DNA from: Escherichia coli
GTDB taxonomy: Bacteria; Pseudomonadota; Gammaproteobacteria; Enterobacterales; Enterobacteriaceae
Length of the DNA: 64,000 nt
Direction: 5' to 3' (one strand)
Assembly: GCF_009931435.1 (NCBI RefSeq)
Contig: NZ_CP043414.1
In this document: piece by piece, positions 34,853 to 45,443 of the stretch
Numbering within the stretch: the first letter of the stretch is position 1
Layout: each line of letters begins with the position of its first letter
Program-made: the position numbers and the translations under genes
Notes under the pieces: model-generated
What the model was told of the DNA's origin: nothing
What the model saw: the letters and a program-made list of their open reading frames with translations, nothing else
Databases searched by the model: none

Positions 34853-35001
34853 TCCTTCAGCAATCGGCAACTTTTATAACCAGTGTAAAAATAACGTGCC
34901 GCAATAATCCTACCTATTAATGATAAAAAGCTGTCACAATTCATAAAAAACTTTAATATACGCCACCCTAAACATAACCAGCGTTAATGTAAGGTTTTTG
35001 T

Positions 35002-37239
35002 GTGGACTGGCTTCTTGATGTTTTTGCAACCTGGCTATATGGCTTAAAAGTAATCGCGATAACGTTAGCGGTCATCATGTTCATCAGCGGGCTGGACGAT
35101 TTTTTTATTGATGTCGTCTACTGGGTACGCCGCATTAAACGCAAGTTGAGTGTTTATCGCCGCTACCCGCGAATGAGTTACCGCGAACTGTATAAACCAG
35201 ATGAAAAACCGTTAGCGATTATGGTTCCGGCGTGGAATGAAACGGGCGTCATCGGCAATATGGCCGAGCTGGCGGCGACCACGCTCGACTATGAAAACTA
35301 TCATATCTTTGTTGGCACCTACCCCAACGACCCCGATACTCAGCGTGATGTTGACGAAGTGTGCGCTCGCTTCCCAAACGTGCATAAGGTAGTCTGCGCT
35401 CGTCCTGGCCCCACCAGCAAAGCCGACTGCCTGAACAACGTGCTGGACGCCATCACCCAGTTTGAGCGTAGCGCCAATTTCGCTTTTGCTGGTTTTATTC
35501 TGCATGACGCCGAAGACGTAATTTCACCGATGGAATTGCGTCTGTTCAACTATCTGGTCGAGCGTAAAGATCTGATTCAGATCCCGGTATACCCATTCGA
35601 ACGCGAATGGACGCACTTCACCAGCATGACTTACATTGATGAGTTTTCAGAACTGCATGGCAAAGATGTTCCGGTGCGTGAAGCCCTCGCCGGACAGGTG
35701 CCCAGCGCAGGCGTCGGTACTTGTTTCAGCCGCCGCGCCGTGACCGCACTGTTAGCTGACGGTGACGGTATTGCTTTCGACGTGCAGAGTCTTACTGAAG
35801 ATTACGACATTGGTTTCCGCCTGAAAGAAAAAGGTATGACGGAAATTTTTGTCCGTTTTCCGGTGGTGGACGAAGCCAAAGAACGCGAGCAGCGTAAATT
35901 TTTACAGCACGCGCGGACGTCAAACATGATCTGCGTGCGCGAATATTTCCCCGATACCTTTTCGACGGCGGTTCGACAAAAGTCTCGCTGGATCATCGGC
36001 ATTGTTTTCCAGGGCTTTAAAACCCATAAATGGACCTCCAGCCTGACACTCAACTACTTTCTCTGGCGCGACCGCAAAGGGGCAATCAGTAACTTTGTCA
36101 GCTTCCTCGCGATGCTGGTGATGATCCAGCTTTTGCTGTTACTGGCGTATGAAAGTTTGTGGCCCGATGCCTGGCATTTCCTTTCTATTTTCAGCGGCAG
36201 CACATGGTTAATGACCCTGCTGTGGCTAAACTTTGGTTTGATGGTTAACCGCATCGTGCAGCGGGTGATTTTTGTCACTGGCTACTACGGTCTGACGCAG
36301 GGGCTGCTATCTGTCCTGCGTCTTTTCTGGGGCAACCTGATTAACTTCATGGCCAACTGGCGCGCGTTAAAACAGGTGCTTCAACACGGCGATCCACGTC
36401 GCGTCGCGTGGGATAAAACAACGCATGACTTCCCCAGCGTCACTGGCGATACCCGCTCGTTGCGCCCGTTAGGTCAAATTCTGCTGGAAAATCAGGTCAT
36501 CACTGAAGAACAACTCGATACGGCACTGCGTAATCGTGTCGAAGGTCTACGCCTGGGCGGTTCAATGCTGATGCAGGGGCTGATTAGCGCCGAACAGCTG
36601 GCACAGGCACTGGCAGAGCAAAACGGCGTGGCGTGGGAGTCCATCGATGCCTGGCAGATCCCTTCTTCGCTGATTGCCGCGATGCCGGCCTCCGTGGCGC
36701 TGCATTATGCGGTGCTACCGCTGCGTCTGGAAAATGATGAGTTAATTGTCGGCAGTGAAGATGGTATTGACCCGGTTTCGCTGGCAGCCCTGACGCGTAA
36801 AGTTGGACGCAAAGTGCGTTACGTCATTGTTCTGCGAGGACAAATTGTCACCGGATTACGTCACTGGTATGCACGTCGACGCGGTCACGATCCACGGGCA
36901 ATGTTGTACAATGCGGTTCAGCATCAGTGGCTCACGGAACAACAGGCCGGTGAAATCTGGCGGCAATATGTGCCGCATCAGTTCCTGTTCGCCGAAATAC
37001 TGACCACGCTCGGTCATATTAATCGTTCAGCAATTAACGTGTTGTTATTGCGCCATGAACGCAGTTCTCTGCCGCTCGGCAAGTTTTTGGTCACCGAAGG
37101 CGTTATCAGCCAGGAAACGTTGGATCGCGTCCTGACAATTCAGCGCGAATTACAAGTTTCGATGCAATCACTATTACTCAAAGCAGGTTTAAACACAGAA
37201 CAGGTTGCGCAACTGGAGTCCGAAAATGAAGGAGAATAA
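35002..37239 (+). CDS. nfrB: Phage N4 adsorption protein NfrB (inner membrane glycosyltransferase-like)
   Basis: 745-aa ORF with GTG start, MDWLLDVFATWLYGLKVIAITLAVIMF... Confidence 0.9.
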   Translation: MDWLLDVFATWLYGLKVIAITLAVIMFISGLDDFFIDVVYWVRRIKRKLSVYRRYPRMSYRELYKPDEKPLAIMVPAWNETGVIGNMAELAATTLDYENYHIFVGTYPNDPDTQRDVDEVCARFPNVHKVVCARPGPTSKADCLNNVLDAITQFERSANFAFAGFILHDAEDVISPMELRLFNYLVERKDLIQIPVYPFEREWTHFTSMTYIDEFSELHGKDVPVREALAGQVPSAGVGTCFSRRAVTALLADGDGIAFDVQSLTEDYDIGFRLKEKGMTEIFVRFPVVDEAKEREQRKFLQHARTSNMICVREYFPDTFSTAVRQKSRWIIGIVFQGFKTHKWTSSLTLNYFLWRDRKGAISNFVSFLAMLVMIQLLLLLAYESLWPDAWHFLSIFSGSTWLMTLLWLNFGLMVNRIVQRVIFVTGYYGLTQGLLSVLRLFWGNLINFMANWRALKQVLQHGDPRRVAWDKTTHDFPSVTGDTRSLRPLGQILLENQVITEEQLDTALRNRVEGLRLGGSMLMQGLISAEQLAQALAEQNGVAWESIDAWQIPSSLIAAMPASVALHYAVLPLRLENDELIVGSEDGIDPVSLAALTRKVGRKVRYVIVLRGQIVTGLRHWYARRRGHDPRAMLYNAVQHQWLTEQQAGEIWRQYVPHQFLFAEILTTLGHINRSAINVLLLRHERSSLPLGKFLVTEGVISQETLDRVLTIQRELQVSMQSLLLKAGLNTEQVAQLESENEGE

Positions 37240-40198
37240 CCTTAATCGCGTCATCGGATGGTCTGGTTTACTGCTGACGTCTTTATTGAGTACCAGCGCA
37301 CTCGCAGACAATATCGGCACCAGCGCAGAAGAGCTGGGGCTGAGCGATTATCGCCATTTTGTTATTTATCCCCGTCTCGATAAGGCGCTGAAGGCACAGA
37401 AAAATAACGACGAAGCAACCGCCATCCGCGAATTTGAATATATACACCAGCAGGTGCCGGATAATATTCCGCTGACTTTATACCTTGCGGAAGCCTATCG
37501 CCATTTTGGTCATGATGACCGGGCGCGGCTGTTGCTTGAGGATCAACTGAAACGTCACCCAGGAGATGCCCGACTTGAGCGCAGTCTGGCGGCTATTCCA
37601 GTTGAAGTGAAAAGCGTTACGACTGTTGAAGAACTGCTTGCCCAGCAAAAAGCGTGCGACGCTGCGCCGACCCTGCGTTGTCGCAGTGAAGTCGGGCAGA
37701 ATGCCCTGCGGCTGGCACAATTACCTGTCGCCAGAGCGCAACTGAACGATGCGACGTTTGCTGCATCGCCGGAAGGAAAAACGCTGCGAACCGATCTGCT
37801 GCAACGCGCAATCTACCTGAAACAATGGTCCCAGGCAGATACGCTATACAATGAAGCACGCCAGCAGAACACATTAAGCGCGGCAGAACGCCGTCAGTGG
37901 TTTGACGTGCTTCTTGCCGGGCAGCTGGATGATCGGATCCTGGCGCTGCAATCACAGGGGATCTTCACCGATCCGCAGTCATATATTACTTACGCGACCG
38001 CGCTGGCTTATCGTGGCGAGAAAGCACGCCTCCAGCATTATCTCATTGAAAATAAGCCGCTGTTTACCACGGACGCACAAGAGAAAAGTTGGCTCTATCT
38101 GTTATCTAAATACAGCGCCAACCCCGTTCAGGCGTTGGCGAATTATACGGTACAGTTTGCCGATAACCGCCAGTATGTTGTTGGCGCGACGCTACCGGTG
38201 CTGTTAAAAGAAGGTCAGTACGACGCAGCGCAAAAACTGCTCGCCACCCTCCCCGCCAATGAAATGCTTGAGGAGCGTTATACCGTCAGCGTGGCGACTC
38301 ATAACAAGGCTGAAGCTCTGCGTCTGGCACGATTGCTGTATCAGCAAGAACCGACAAATCTTACCCGCCTGGATCAACTGACCTGGCAACTGATGCAGAA
38401 CGAGCAGTCACGCGAAGCTGCCGATTTGTTGCTGCAACGCTATCCCTTCCAGGGCGATGCGCGCGTCAGCCAGACTTTAATGACGCGACTAGCGTCTCTG
38501 CTGGAAAGTCATCCTTACCTGGCAACTCCGGCGAAGGTGGCGATTTTATCGAAACCCTTACCGCTGGCGGAGCAACGTCAGTGGCAAAGTCAGTTGCCGG
38601 GTATTGCAGATAATTGCCCAGCAATCGTTCGCTTGCTGGGCGATATGTCGCCTTCCTACGATGCCGCCGCCTGGAACCGTCTGGCAAAGTGTTATCGGGA
38701 CACGCTACCCGGTGTGGCGTTGTATGCATGGCTTCAGGCCGAACAACGGCAACCGAACGCCTGGCAACATCGTGCGGTAGCCTATCAGGCGTATCAGGTT
38801 GAGGATTACGCCACCGCACTGGCGGCCTGGCAGAAAATCAGTCTTCACGACATGAGCAATGAGGATCTGCTTGCTGCTGCCAATACCGCCCAGGCGGCAG
38901 GAAATGGTGCGGCTCGCGATCGCTGGCTTCAGCAGGCAGAACAACGTGGGCTGGGAAACAATGCCCTCTACTGGTGGCTGCATGCGCAACGTTACATTCC
39001 TGGTCAGCCGGAACTCGCACTGAACGATCTCACGCGCTCAATCAATATTGCGCCTTCTGCCAACGCTTACGTTGCGCGGGCGACAATTTATCGCCAACGT
39101 CATAATGTCCCGGCGGCGGTGAGTGATTTGCGCGCCGCTCTGGAACTGGAACCGAATAATAGCAACACCCAGGCAGCGCTCGGTTACGCCTTGTGGGATA
39201 GCGGTGATATCGCACAGTCGCGGGAAATGCTCGAACAGGCGCATAAAGGGCTACCGGACGATCCGGCACTTATCCGACAACTGGCCTACGTGAACCAGCG
39301 TCTGGATGATATGCCTGCGACGCAGCACTACGCCCGTCTGGTGATTGATGACATTGATAATCAGGCGCTGATAACCCCACTGACCCCAGAGCAAAATCAG
39401 CAACGCTTCAATTTCCGCCGTCTGCATGAGGAGGTCGGTCGCCGCTGGACGTTCAGTTTCGATTCTTCTATCGGCTTGCGTTCCGGCGCAATGAGTACCG
39501 CTAACAATAATGTTGGCGGCGCAGCGCCAGGGAAAAGCTATCGTAGCTACGGGCAACTGGAAGCCGAGTACCGCATCGGACGCAATATGCTGCTGGAAGG
39601 CGACCTGCTCTCGGTTTACAGCCGTGTATTTGCCGATACCGGAGAAAACGGGGTGATGATGCCGGTGAAAAATCCGATGTCCGGCACCGGTCTGCGCTGG
39701 AAGCCGCTGCGCGATCAGATCTTTTTCCTCGCCGTCGAACAGCAATTGCCGCTGAACGGACAAAACGGCGCATCCGATACCATGCTGCGCGCCAGCGCCT
39801 CATTCTTTAATGGCGGCAAATACAGCGACGAATGGCACCCGAACGGTTCAGGCTGGTTTGCCCAAAACCTGTACCTCGATGCGGCGCAATATGTCCGCCA
39901 GGATATTCAGGCGTGGACGGCAGATTATCGCTTAAGCTGGCATCAGAAGGTGGCGAACGGACAGACTATTGAGCCTTACGCTCACGTTCAGGACAACGGT
40001 TATCGTGATAAAGGCACTCAGGGCGCGCAGCTTGGCGGTGTCGGGGTCCGCTGGAATATCTGGACCGGCGAGACGCACTACGACGCCTGGCCGCACAAAG
40101 TCAGTCTCGGCGTCGAATATCAACATACCTTTAAGGCGATTAATCAACGTAACGGAGAGCGCAACAACGCGTTTCTCACCATTGGAGTGCACTGGTAA
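37226..40198 (+). CDS. nfrA: Phage N4 adsorption outer membrane protein NfrA
   Basis: 990-aa product from the ATG at 37226 (MKENNLNRVIGWSGLLLTSLLSTSALA...); overlaps the nfrB 3' end. Confidence 0.9.
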   Translation: MKENNLNRVIGWSGLLLTSLLSTSALADNIGTSAEELGLSDYRHFVIYPRLDKALKAQKNNDEATAIREFEYIHQQVPDNIPLTLYLAEAYRHFGHDDRARLLLEDQLKRHPGDARLERSLAAIPVEVKSVTTVEELLAQQKACDAAPTLRCRSEVGQNALRLAQLPVARAQLNDATFAASPEGKTLRTDLLQRAIYLKQWSQADTLYNEARQQNTLSAAERRQWFDVLLAGQLDDRILALQSQGIFTDPQSYITYATALAYRGEKARLQHYLIENKPLFTTDAQEKSWLYLLSKYSANPVQALANYTVQFADNRQYVVGATLPVLLKEGQYDAAQKLLATLPANEMLEERYTVSVATHNKAEALRLARLLYQQEPTNLTRLDQLTWQLMQNEQSREAADLLLQRYPFQGDARVSQTLMTRLASLLESHPYLATPAKVAILSKPLPLAEQRQWQSQLPGIADNCPAIVRLLGDMSPSYDAAAWNRLAKCYRDTLPGVALYAWLQAEQRQPNAWQHRAVAYQAYQVEDYATALAAWQKISLHDMSNEDLLAAANTAQAAGNGAARDRWLQQAEQRGLGNNALYWWLHAQRYIPGQPELALNDLTRSINIAPSANAYVARATIYRQRHNVPAAVSDLRAALELEPNNSNTQAALGYALWDSGDIAQSREMLEQAHKGLPDDPALIRQLAYVNQRLDDMPATQHYARLVIDDIDNQALITPLTPEQNQQRFNFRRLHEEVGRRWTFSFDSSIGLRSGAMSTANNNVGGAAPGKSYRSYGQLEAEYRIGRNMLLEGDLLSVYSRVFADTGENGVMMPVKNPMSGTGLRWKPLRDQIFFLAVEQQLPLNGQNGASDTMLRASASFFNGGKYSDEWHPNGSGWFAQNLYLDAAQYVRQDIQAWTADYRLSWHQKVANGQTIEPYAHVQDNGYRDKGTQGAQLGGVGVRWNIWTGETHYDAWPHKVSLGVEYQHTFKAINQRNGERNNAFLTIGVHW

Positions 40199-41089
40199 AT
40201 GCGTAAGTTCATTTTCGTATTGCTGACACTGCTTTTGGTCAGCCCTTTTTCCTTTGCGATGAAAGGTATTATCTGGCAACCACAAAACCGTGATAGTCAG
40301 GTTACCGATACCCAGTGGCAGGGGCTGATGAGTCAGTTACGTTTGCAAGGCTTCGATACCCTGGTTTTGCAATGGACCCGTTACGGCGATGCATTCACCC
40401 AGCCAGAACAGCGCGCGTTATTGTTTAAGCGTGCCGCAGCTGCGCAACAGGCTGGCCTGAAGCTGATTGTCGGGCTGAATGCCGATCCGGAATTTTTTAT
40501 GCACCAGAAACAGTCATCCGCGGCGCTGGAAAGCTATCTTAATCGCCTGCTGGCTGCCGATCTCCAGCAAGCCAGATTATGGAGCGCCGTACCTGGCGTA
40601 ACGCCGGATGGCTGGTACATCAGCGCGGAAATTGACGACCTGAACTGGCGCAGCGAAGCCGCCCGTCAGCCTTTGCTGACATGGTTAAACAACGCGCAGC
40701 GGTTGATTAGCGATGTTTCAGCAAAACCGGTTTATATCAGTAGTTTTTTCGCCGGAAACATGTCGCCCGATGGCTATCGCCAACTGCTGGAACACGTTAA
40801 AGCAACCGGCGTTAATGTCTGGGTACAGGATGGCAGCGGCGTGGATAAACTTACTGCTGAACAGCGTGAACGTTATCTACAGGCCAGCGCCGATTGCCAA
40901 AGCTCCGCCCCAGCAAGCGGCATTGTTTATGAACTGTTTGTCGCCGGCAAAGGCAAAACCTTTACAGCGAAACCGAAACCGGATGCAGAGATCGCCTCGC
41001 TGTTAGCGAAACGTTCCTCTTGTGGTAAAGACACGCTCTATTTCTCTCTGCGCTATTTGCCCGTCGCGCACGGCATTCTCGAGTATTAA
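40199..41089 (+). CDS. ybcH: Uncharacterised protein YbcH
   Basis: 296-aa ORF MRKFIFVLLTLLLVSPFSFAMKGIIWQPQNRDSQ... starting directly after the nfrA stop. Confidence 0.85.
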   Translation: MRKFIFVLLTLLLVSPFSFAMKGIIWQPQNRDSQVTDTQWQGLMSQLRLQGFDTLVLQWTRYGDAFTQPEQRALLFKRAAAAQQAGLKLIVGLNADPEFFMHQKQSSAALESYLNRLLAADLQQARLWSAVPGVTPDGWYISAEIDDLNWRSEAARQPLLTWLNNAQRLISDVSAKPVYISSFFAGNMSPDGYRQLLEHVKATGVNVWVQDGSGVDKLTAEQRERYLQASADCQSSAPASGIVYELFVAGKGKTFTAKPKPDAEIASLLAKRSSCGKDTLYFSLRYLPVAHGILEY

Positions 41090-41271
41090 ATCTCCTCCAG
41101 GTAAGTCGGGTACGACCTGGCTTACCTCTTTCGCTCTCGTCAGAATTCCATCAAGATTAATTGCTAAAAAGCGTGCTAAAGAAAGAAGATCGTTATCGGC
41201 GAACGGGCCGATCACTCATGCAGGAAGCATAGATCCTTTGAGCGGAGTTTCTGATATCTGAGGAGTGCGAA

Positions 41272-42033
41272 ATGCAATTGAGCAGCAGTGAACCTTGCGT
41301 GGTGATCCTGACCGAAAAAGAGGTAGAGGTAAGCGTCAATAACCATGCCACGTTTACCCTTCCGAAAAATTACCTGGCCGCCTTCGCGTGCAACAATAAC
41401 GTCATTGAACTCTCAACGTTAAATCACGTATTAATCACCCACATCAACCGTAACATCATCAACGATTATCTGTTGTTTTTAAATAAGAACTTAACCTGTG
41501 TAAAGCCCTGGTCGCGGCTGGCTACCCCGGTTATCGCTTGTCATAGCCGTACACCGGAAGTGTTCCGGCTAGCCGCCAACCACAGCAAGCAGCAACCCAG
41601 CAAACCCTGCGAAGCGGAGTTGACGCGCGCATTGCTTTTTACCGTATTGTCTAACTTTCTTGAGCAATCGCGGTTTATTGCCCTACTGATGTATATCTTA
41701 CGCAGCAGCGTCCGCGACAGCGTCTGCCGCATTATTCAAAGCGATATTCAGCATTACTGGAATCTGCGAATTGTCGCCAGTTCGCTCTGTTTAAGCCCCA
41801 GCCTGCTCAAAAAGAAATTAAAAAACGAAAATACCAGCTATAGCCAGATTGTCACAGAGTGTCGTATGCGTTACGCCGTACAGATGTTATTGATGGATAA
41901 CAAAAATATCACTCAGGTGGCACAATTGTGTGGGTATAGCAGCACGTCGTACTTTATCTCTGTTTTTAAGGCGTTTTACGGCCTGACACCGTTGAATTAT
42001 CTCGCCAAACAGCGACAAAAAGTGATGTGGTGA
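41272..42033 (+). CDS. envY: AraC-family transcriptional regulator EnvY
   Basis: 253-aa ORF with C-terminal AraC helix-turn-helix (...VAQLCGYSSTSYFISVFKAFYGLTPLNY); AT-rich. Confidence 0.85.
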   Translation: MQLSSSEPCVVILTEKEVEVSVNNHATFTLPKNYLAAFACNNNVIELSTLNHVLITHINRNIINDYLLFLNKNLTCVKPWSRLATPVIACHSRTPEVFRLAANHSKQQPSKPCEAELTRALLFTVLSNFLEQSRFIALLMYILRSSVRDSVCRIIQSDIQHYWNLRIVASSLCLSPSLLKKKLKNENTSYSQIVTECRMRYAVQMLLMDNKNITQVAQLCGYSSTSYFISVFKAFYGLTPLNYLAKQRQKVMW

Positions 42034-42078
42034 AGGGCAAAGCGGAAACAGATAAGACTGGCATAAATGAAGAAGAAA

Positions 42079-42123
42079 TGGCGCGCCCTGCAGGATTCGA
42101 ACCTGCGGCCCACGACTTAGAAG
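42079..42123 (-). pseudogene. pauD: 3' fragment of tRNA-Arg(UCU) argU (pauD-like), the prophage attachment-site core (attR)
   Basis: Reverse complement CTTCTAAGTCGTGGGCCGCAGGTTCGAATCCTGCAGGGCGCGCCA matches the 3' 45 nt of argU as I recall it (anticodon loop through the acceptor CCA); the 5' half of the tRNA is absent. Confidence 0.8.
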
Positions 42124-42546
42124 TTCCTAGAACGACATTTTAAGTCAACAACTTACCGCGCCATCTCTGCGCTCACACGTCCCACTACCTCAAAACATGT
42201 AAAGCCTTGCAAGCCATTGCGAGGCCTTATGTGTCTCAGTTTTGTCCCTCTTTTTTGTACTAAAAAACATAGTAATTGAGGATAAACCTCATGCTATTTT
42301 CGCTTATATGCCTCTAAAGGCATGGCACTTAAATAGATAAAAGCACCACAAAAGCATAAAAAAACCACACAGTAAAACCGAAATATGAAACAATAACAGA
42401 TAATTAAACCAAAAACAGATAGCGCATTGTGATAATCATTCAATACTAAACAAAATATAAACAGTGGAGCAATATGTAATTGACTCATTAAGTTAGATAT
42501 AAAAAATACATATTCAATCATTAAAACGATTGAATGGAGAACTTTT

Positions 42547-43500
42547 ATGCGGGCGAAACTTCTGGGAATAGTCCTGACAACCCCTATTGCGATCAGCTCT
42601 TTTGCTTCTACCGAGACTTTATCGTTTACTCCTGACAACATAAATGCGGACATTAGTCTTGGAACTCTGAGCGGAAAAACAAAAGAGCGTGTTTATCTAG
42701 CCGAAGAAGGAGGCCGAAAAGTCAGTCAACTCGACTGGAAATTCAATAACGCTGCAATTATTAAAGGTGCAATTAATTGGGATTTGATGCCCCAGATATC
42801 TATCGGGGCTGCTGGCTGGACAACTCTCGGCAGCCGAGGTGGCAATATGGTCGATCAGGACTGGATGGATTCCAGTAACCCCGGAACCTGGACGGATGAA
42901 AGTAGACACCCTGATACACAACTCAATTATGCCAACGAATTTGATCTGAATATCAAAGGCTGGCTCCTCAACGAACCCAATTACCGCCTGGGACTCATGG
43001 CCGGATATCAGGAAAGCCGTTATAGCTTTACAGCCAGAGGTGGTTCCTATATCTACAGTTCTGAGGAGGGATTCAGAGATGATATCGGCTCCTTCCCGAA
43101 TGGAGAAAGAGCAATCGGCTACAAACAACGTTTTAAAATGCCCTACATTGGCTTGACTGGAAGTTATCGTTATGAAGATTTTGAACTCGGTGGCACATTT
43201 AAATACAGCGGCTGGGTGGAATCATCTGATAACGATGAACACTATGACCCGGGAAAAAGAATCACTTATCGCAGTAAGGTCAAAGACCAAAATTACTATT
43301 CTGTTGCAGTCAATGCAGGTTATTACGTCACACCTAACGCAAAAGTTTATGTTGAAGGCGCATGGAATCGGGTTACGAATAAAAAAGGTAATACTTCACT
43401 TTATGATCACAATAATAACACTTCAGACTACAGCAAAAATGGAGCAGGTATAGAAAACTATAACTTCATCACTACTGCTGGTCTTAAGTACACATTTTAA
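42547..43500 (+). CDS. ompT: Outer membrane protease OmpT (omptin)
   Basis: 317-aa ORF MRAKLLGIVLTTPIAISSFASTETLSFTPDNINADISLG... ending ...ITTAGLKYTF. Confidence 0.93.
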   Translation: MRAKLLGIVLTTPIAISSFASTETLSFTPDNINADISLGTLSGKTKERVYLAEEGGRKVSQLDWKFNNAAIIKGAINWDLMPQISIGAAGWTTLGSRGGNMVDQDWMDSSNPGTWTDESRHPDTQLNYANEFDLNIKGWLLNEPNYRLGLMAGYQESRYSFTARGGSYIYSSEEGFRDDIGSFPNGERAIGYKQRFKMPYIGLTGSYRYEDFELGGTFKYSGWVESSDNDEHYDPGKRITYRSKVKDQNYYSVAVNAGYYVTPNAKVYVEGAWNRVTNKKGNTSLYDHNNNTSDYSKNGAGIENYNFITTAGLKYTF

Positions 43501-43749
43501 GAACGCCAACTAAAATTTCCCCGAGGTGAAAATCGCCCCGGGGAATAACTAGCCATTTCAATGTAACAATTAACCCTTAAAATAAACCCAGAAGGTTATT
43601 AACTAAATCACATAGAAAACCATCAATTATAGTATGTATAAAATAGGCGACAGCAACCCAATTACAAATTAATGGTTCCAGAATATCACATCAAAAAAAA
43701 CGCTGTATAATATTATAATTAACATGTAGACAACTTGTAATAAACATTA

Positions 43750-44499
43750 TCAGTCAATTGTTTTGTTTATTCCATCTGTGACGCCGATTATTTTCTCAAA
43801 ATAATGAGATGGCGTGACACCATAATAATCTTTAAATGCACATATGAAATATGAAGTACTGTTATAGCCACATTTCTGGGCTACGACATTGATAGAATAA
43901 GAGTTTGAAGTTATGAGTTTTTTTGCATACCTCATCCTAGTATCTCTCAATATTTCAGTAAATGACGTTCCTTCATCCCTTAATCTTTTTTTTATTAAAC
44001 TTTCACTCGTATAAATCAATTCCGCAATATCTTTTAAATGCCATTGCCGCTCAATATTAAAACTGATTATTCCAGTAATTTTACAGGTAAATGTATTTAT
44101 ATTTGTTAGTATAAATGAATTTACACTTTCGCGTTTTTTGAACATGGCAAGTAAGGATATACATAGTCTTTCTTTTAACCAAAGGGAGTGTGAGTCTGCT
44201 ATTTTAATCCCTTCAAACAGAGAAAAAACAAGCGATAATGGAGGTTCCTCTTCAGCAATATAGCCATTCTTATCAAGAGTAAATTTGCCAGGCAGCTCAT
44301 TATTCACGTCGATAAAAAAGGATAAACATGTTTTCTTATCTATATCAACAATTCTTAGTTTAGAGGGGCATACTGGTAACTCCCTTCTAATTTTGTCGCT
44401 TACAATAAACAATGAATTTTTTTTGAACGAGATAACTCTCCTGTTTATAATTAAATCAAATGATTGACAGATGAAAACTACGGAGCAAACATAATCCAT
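43750..44499 (-). CDS. appY: AraC-family transcriptional regulator AppY
   Basis: 249-aa [36 protein letters not shown]...; very AT-rich, with a long AT-rich upstream region (44500-45100). Confidence 0.88.
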
Positions 44500-45058
44500 C
44501 TTGCACCTATCATAAAATTAAAACAAGTTGATAGTAGTCAAATAACAACCAATTAAATACACAATCATAATCAGGATGATGTGCATTTATATTTTTATAC
44601 ACAAAATTATAGTTTGCAAATTTTAATAAATTTCATTTAAGATTAAATTATTATATGTATGTTGTTTTTTATTCTAACTTATTTCAAAGTTACATTTTTC
44701 AACGCTTACTATGCTTTTTATTAACATAAACTCACTACAACGCACCTGAAACCTCTTGCTATATATATGTCAACCGTTTGAATTTAAAATAAAAAGAGTA
44801 TCATTTTTACTTGCATTTCTTATCAAGTCACATTCAACAACAGTAAAAAAACATTATTAGAACCATTCAATTAACAAAAAACCAACATCCAGCTTGCTTA
44901 ATTTTTCTTTATTAAACGATATTGAAAATCAATTGATAAAATACATCTAAACAACCTTTTGGGGCGCAAAAGCATAACATCAAACAAACAAATAACACAC
45001 CGAAAAAACTCACAATTAATAACCTATGATATACATACTGTTTATTATGGTTGAATAA

Positions 45059-45200
45059 GCCACTCGATATCTGGTGCTACGGAAGTGTCCACACGGTTTA
45101 GCAGCACCCGATACTTTTTTCAGGCTTCCAGCAACGATCTTTCTTCCTCCGTTGCGATTTCCAGATCTACAGCATCCTGCAGTGGCGCAATATACTCACT
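45059..45200. repeat. Direct repeat copy A of the tfa 3'-end segment (partner at 46119-46260)
   Basis: About 140 bp at roughly 85-90 percent identity to 46119-46260, by manual alignment. Confidence 0.7.
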
Positions 45201-45305
45201 GAATTCCTGGATGTAGAACTGTGTAGTGACGGTCTTCCAGCCATTCGGCTCCTGCTGTATTGAAGCATACCAGGCTATTTCAATATCGCTATGCTGCGGC
45301 AGCAT
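45120..45305 (-). pseudogene. tfaX: Tail fibre assembly protein C-terminal remnant (tfaX-like)
   Basis: 61-aa ORF ending ...[23 protein letters not shown], homologous only to the C-terminal part of the intact Tfa at 46095-46679; lies in a duplicated roughly 140-bp segment. Confidence 0.7.
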
Positions 45306-45443
45306 TTAACCCCTTGTAATTCATTGCCATAATTGATTTAATTCACAAATAAAACTATAACATGGTGAAATTAATAAAAAAACACAGATGATGGGGCTAG
45401 AATTTACACACCACTTACCCTAAAGCTTTATGACTGGTGGGTT

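Noticed and set aside
42294-42653. 119-aa minus-strand ORF overlapping the ompT start
   Set aside because: It lies in the AT-rich ompT leader and reads across the ompT start codon; hydrophobic low-complexity translation; no support.
43501-43560. Possible terminator after ompT (ccccgaggtgaaaatcgccccgggg)
   Set aside because: The stem is short and imperfect with no clear U-tract; too weak to call from sequence alone.
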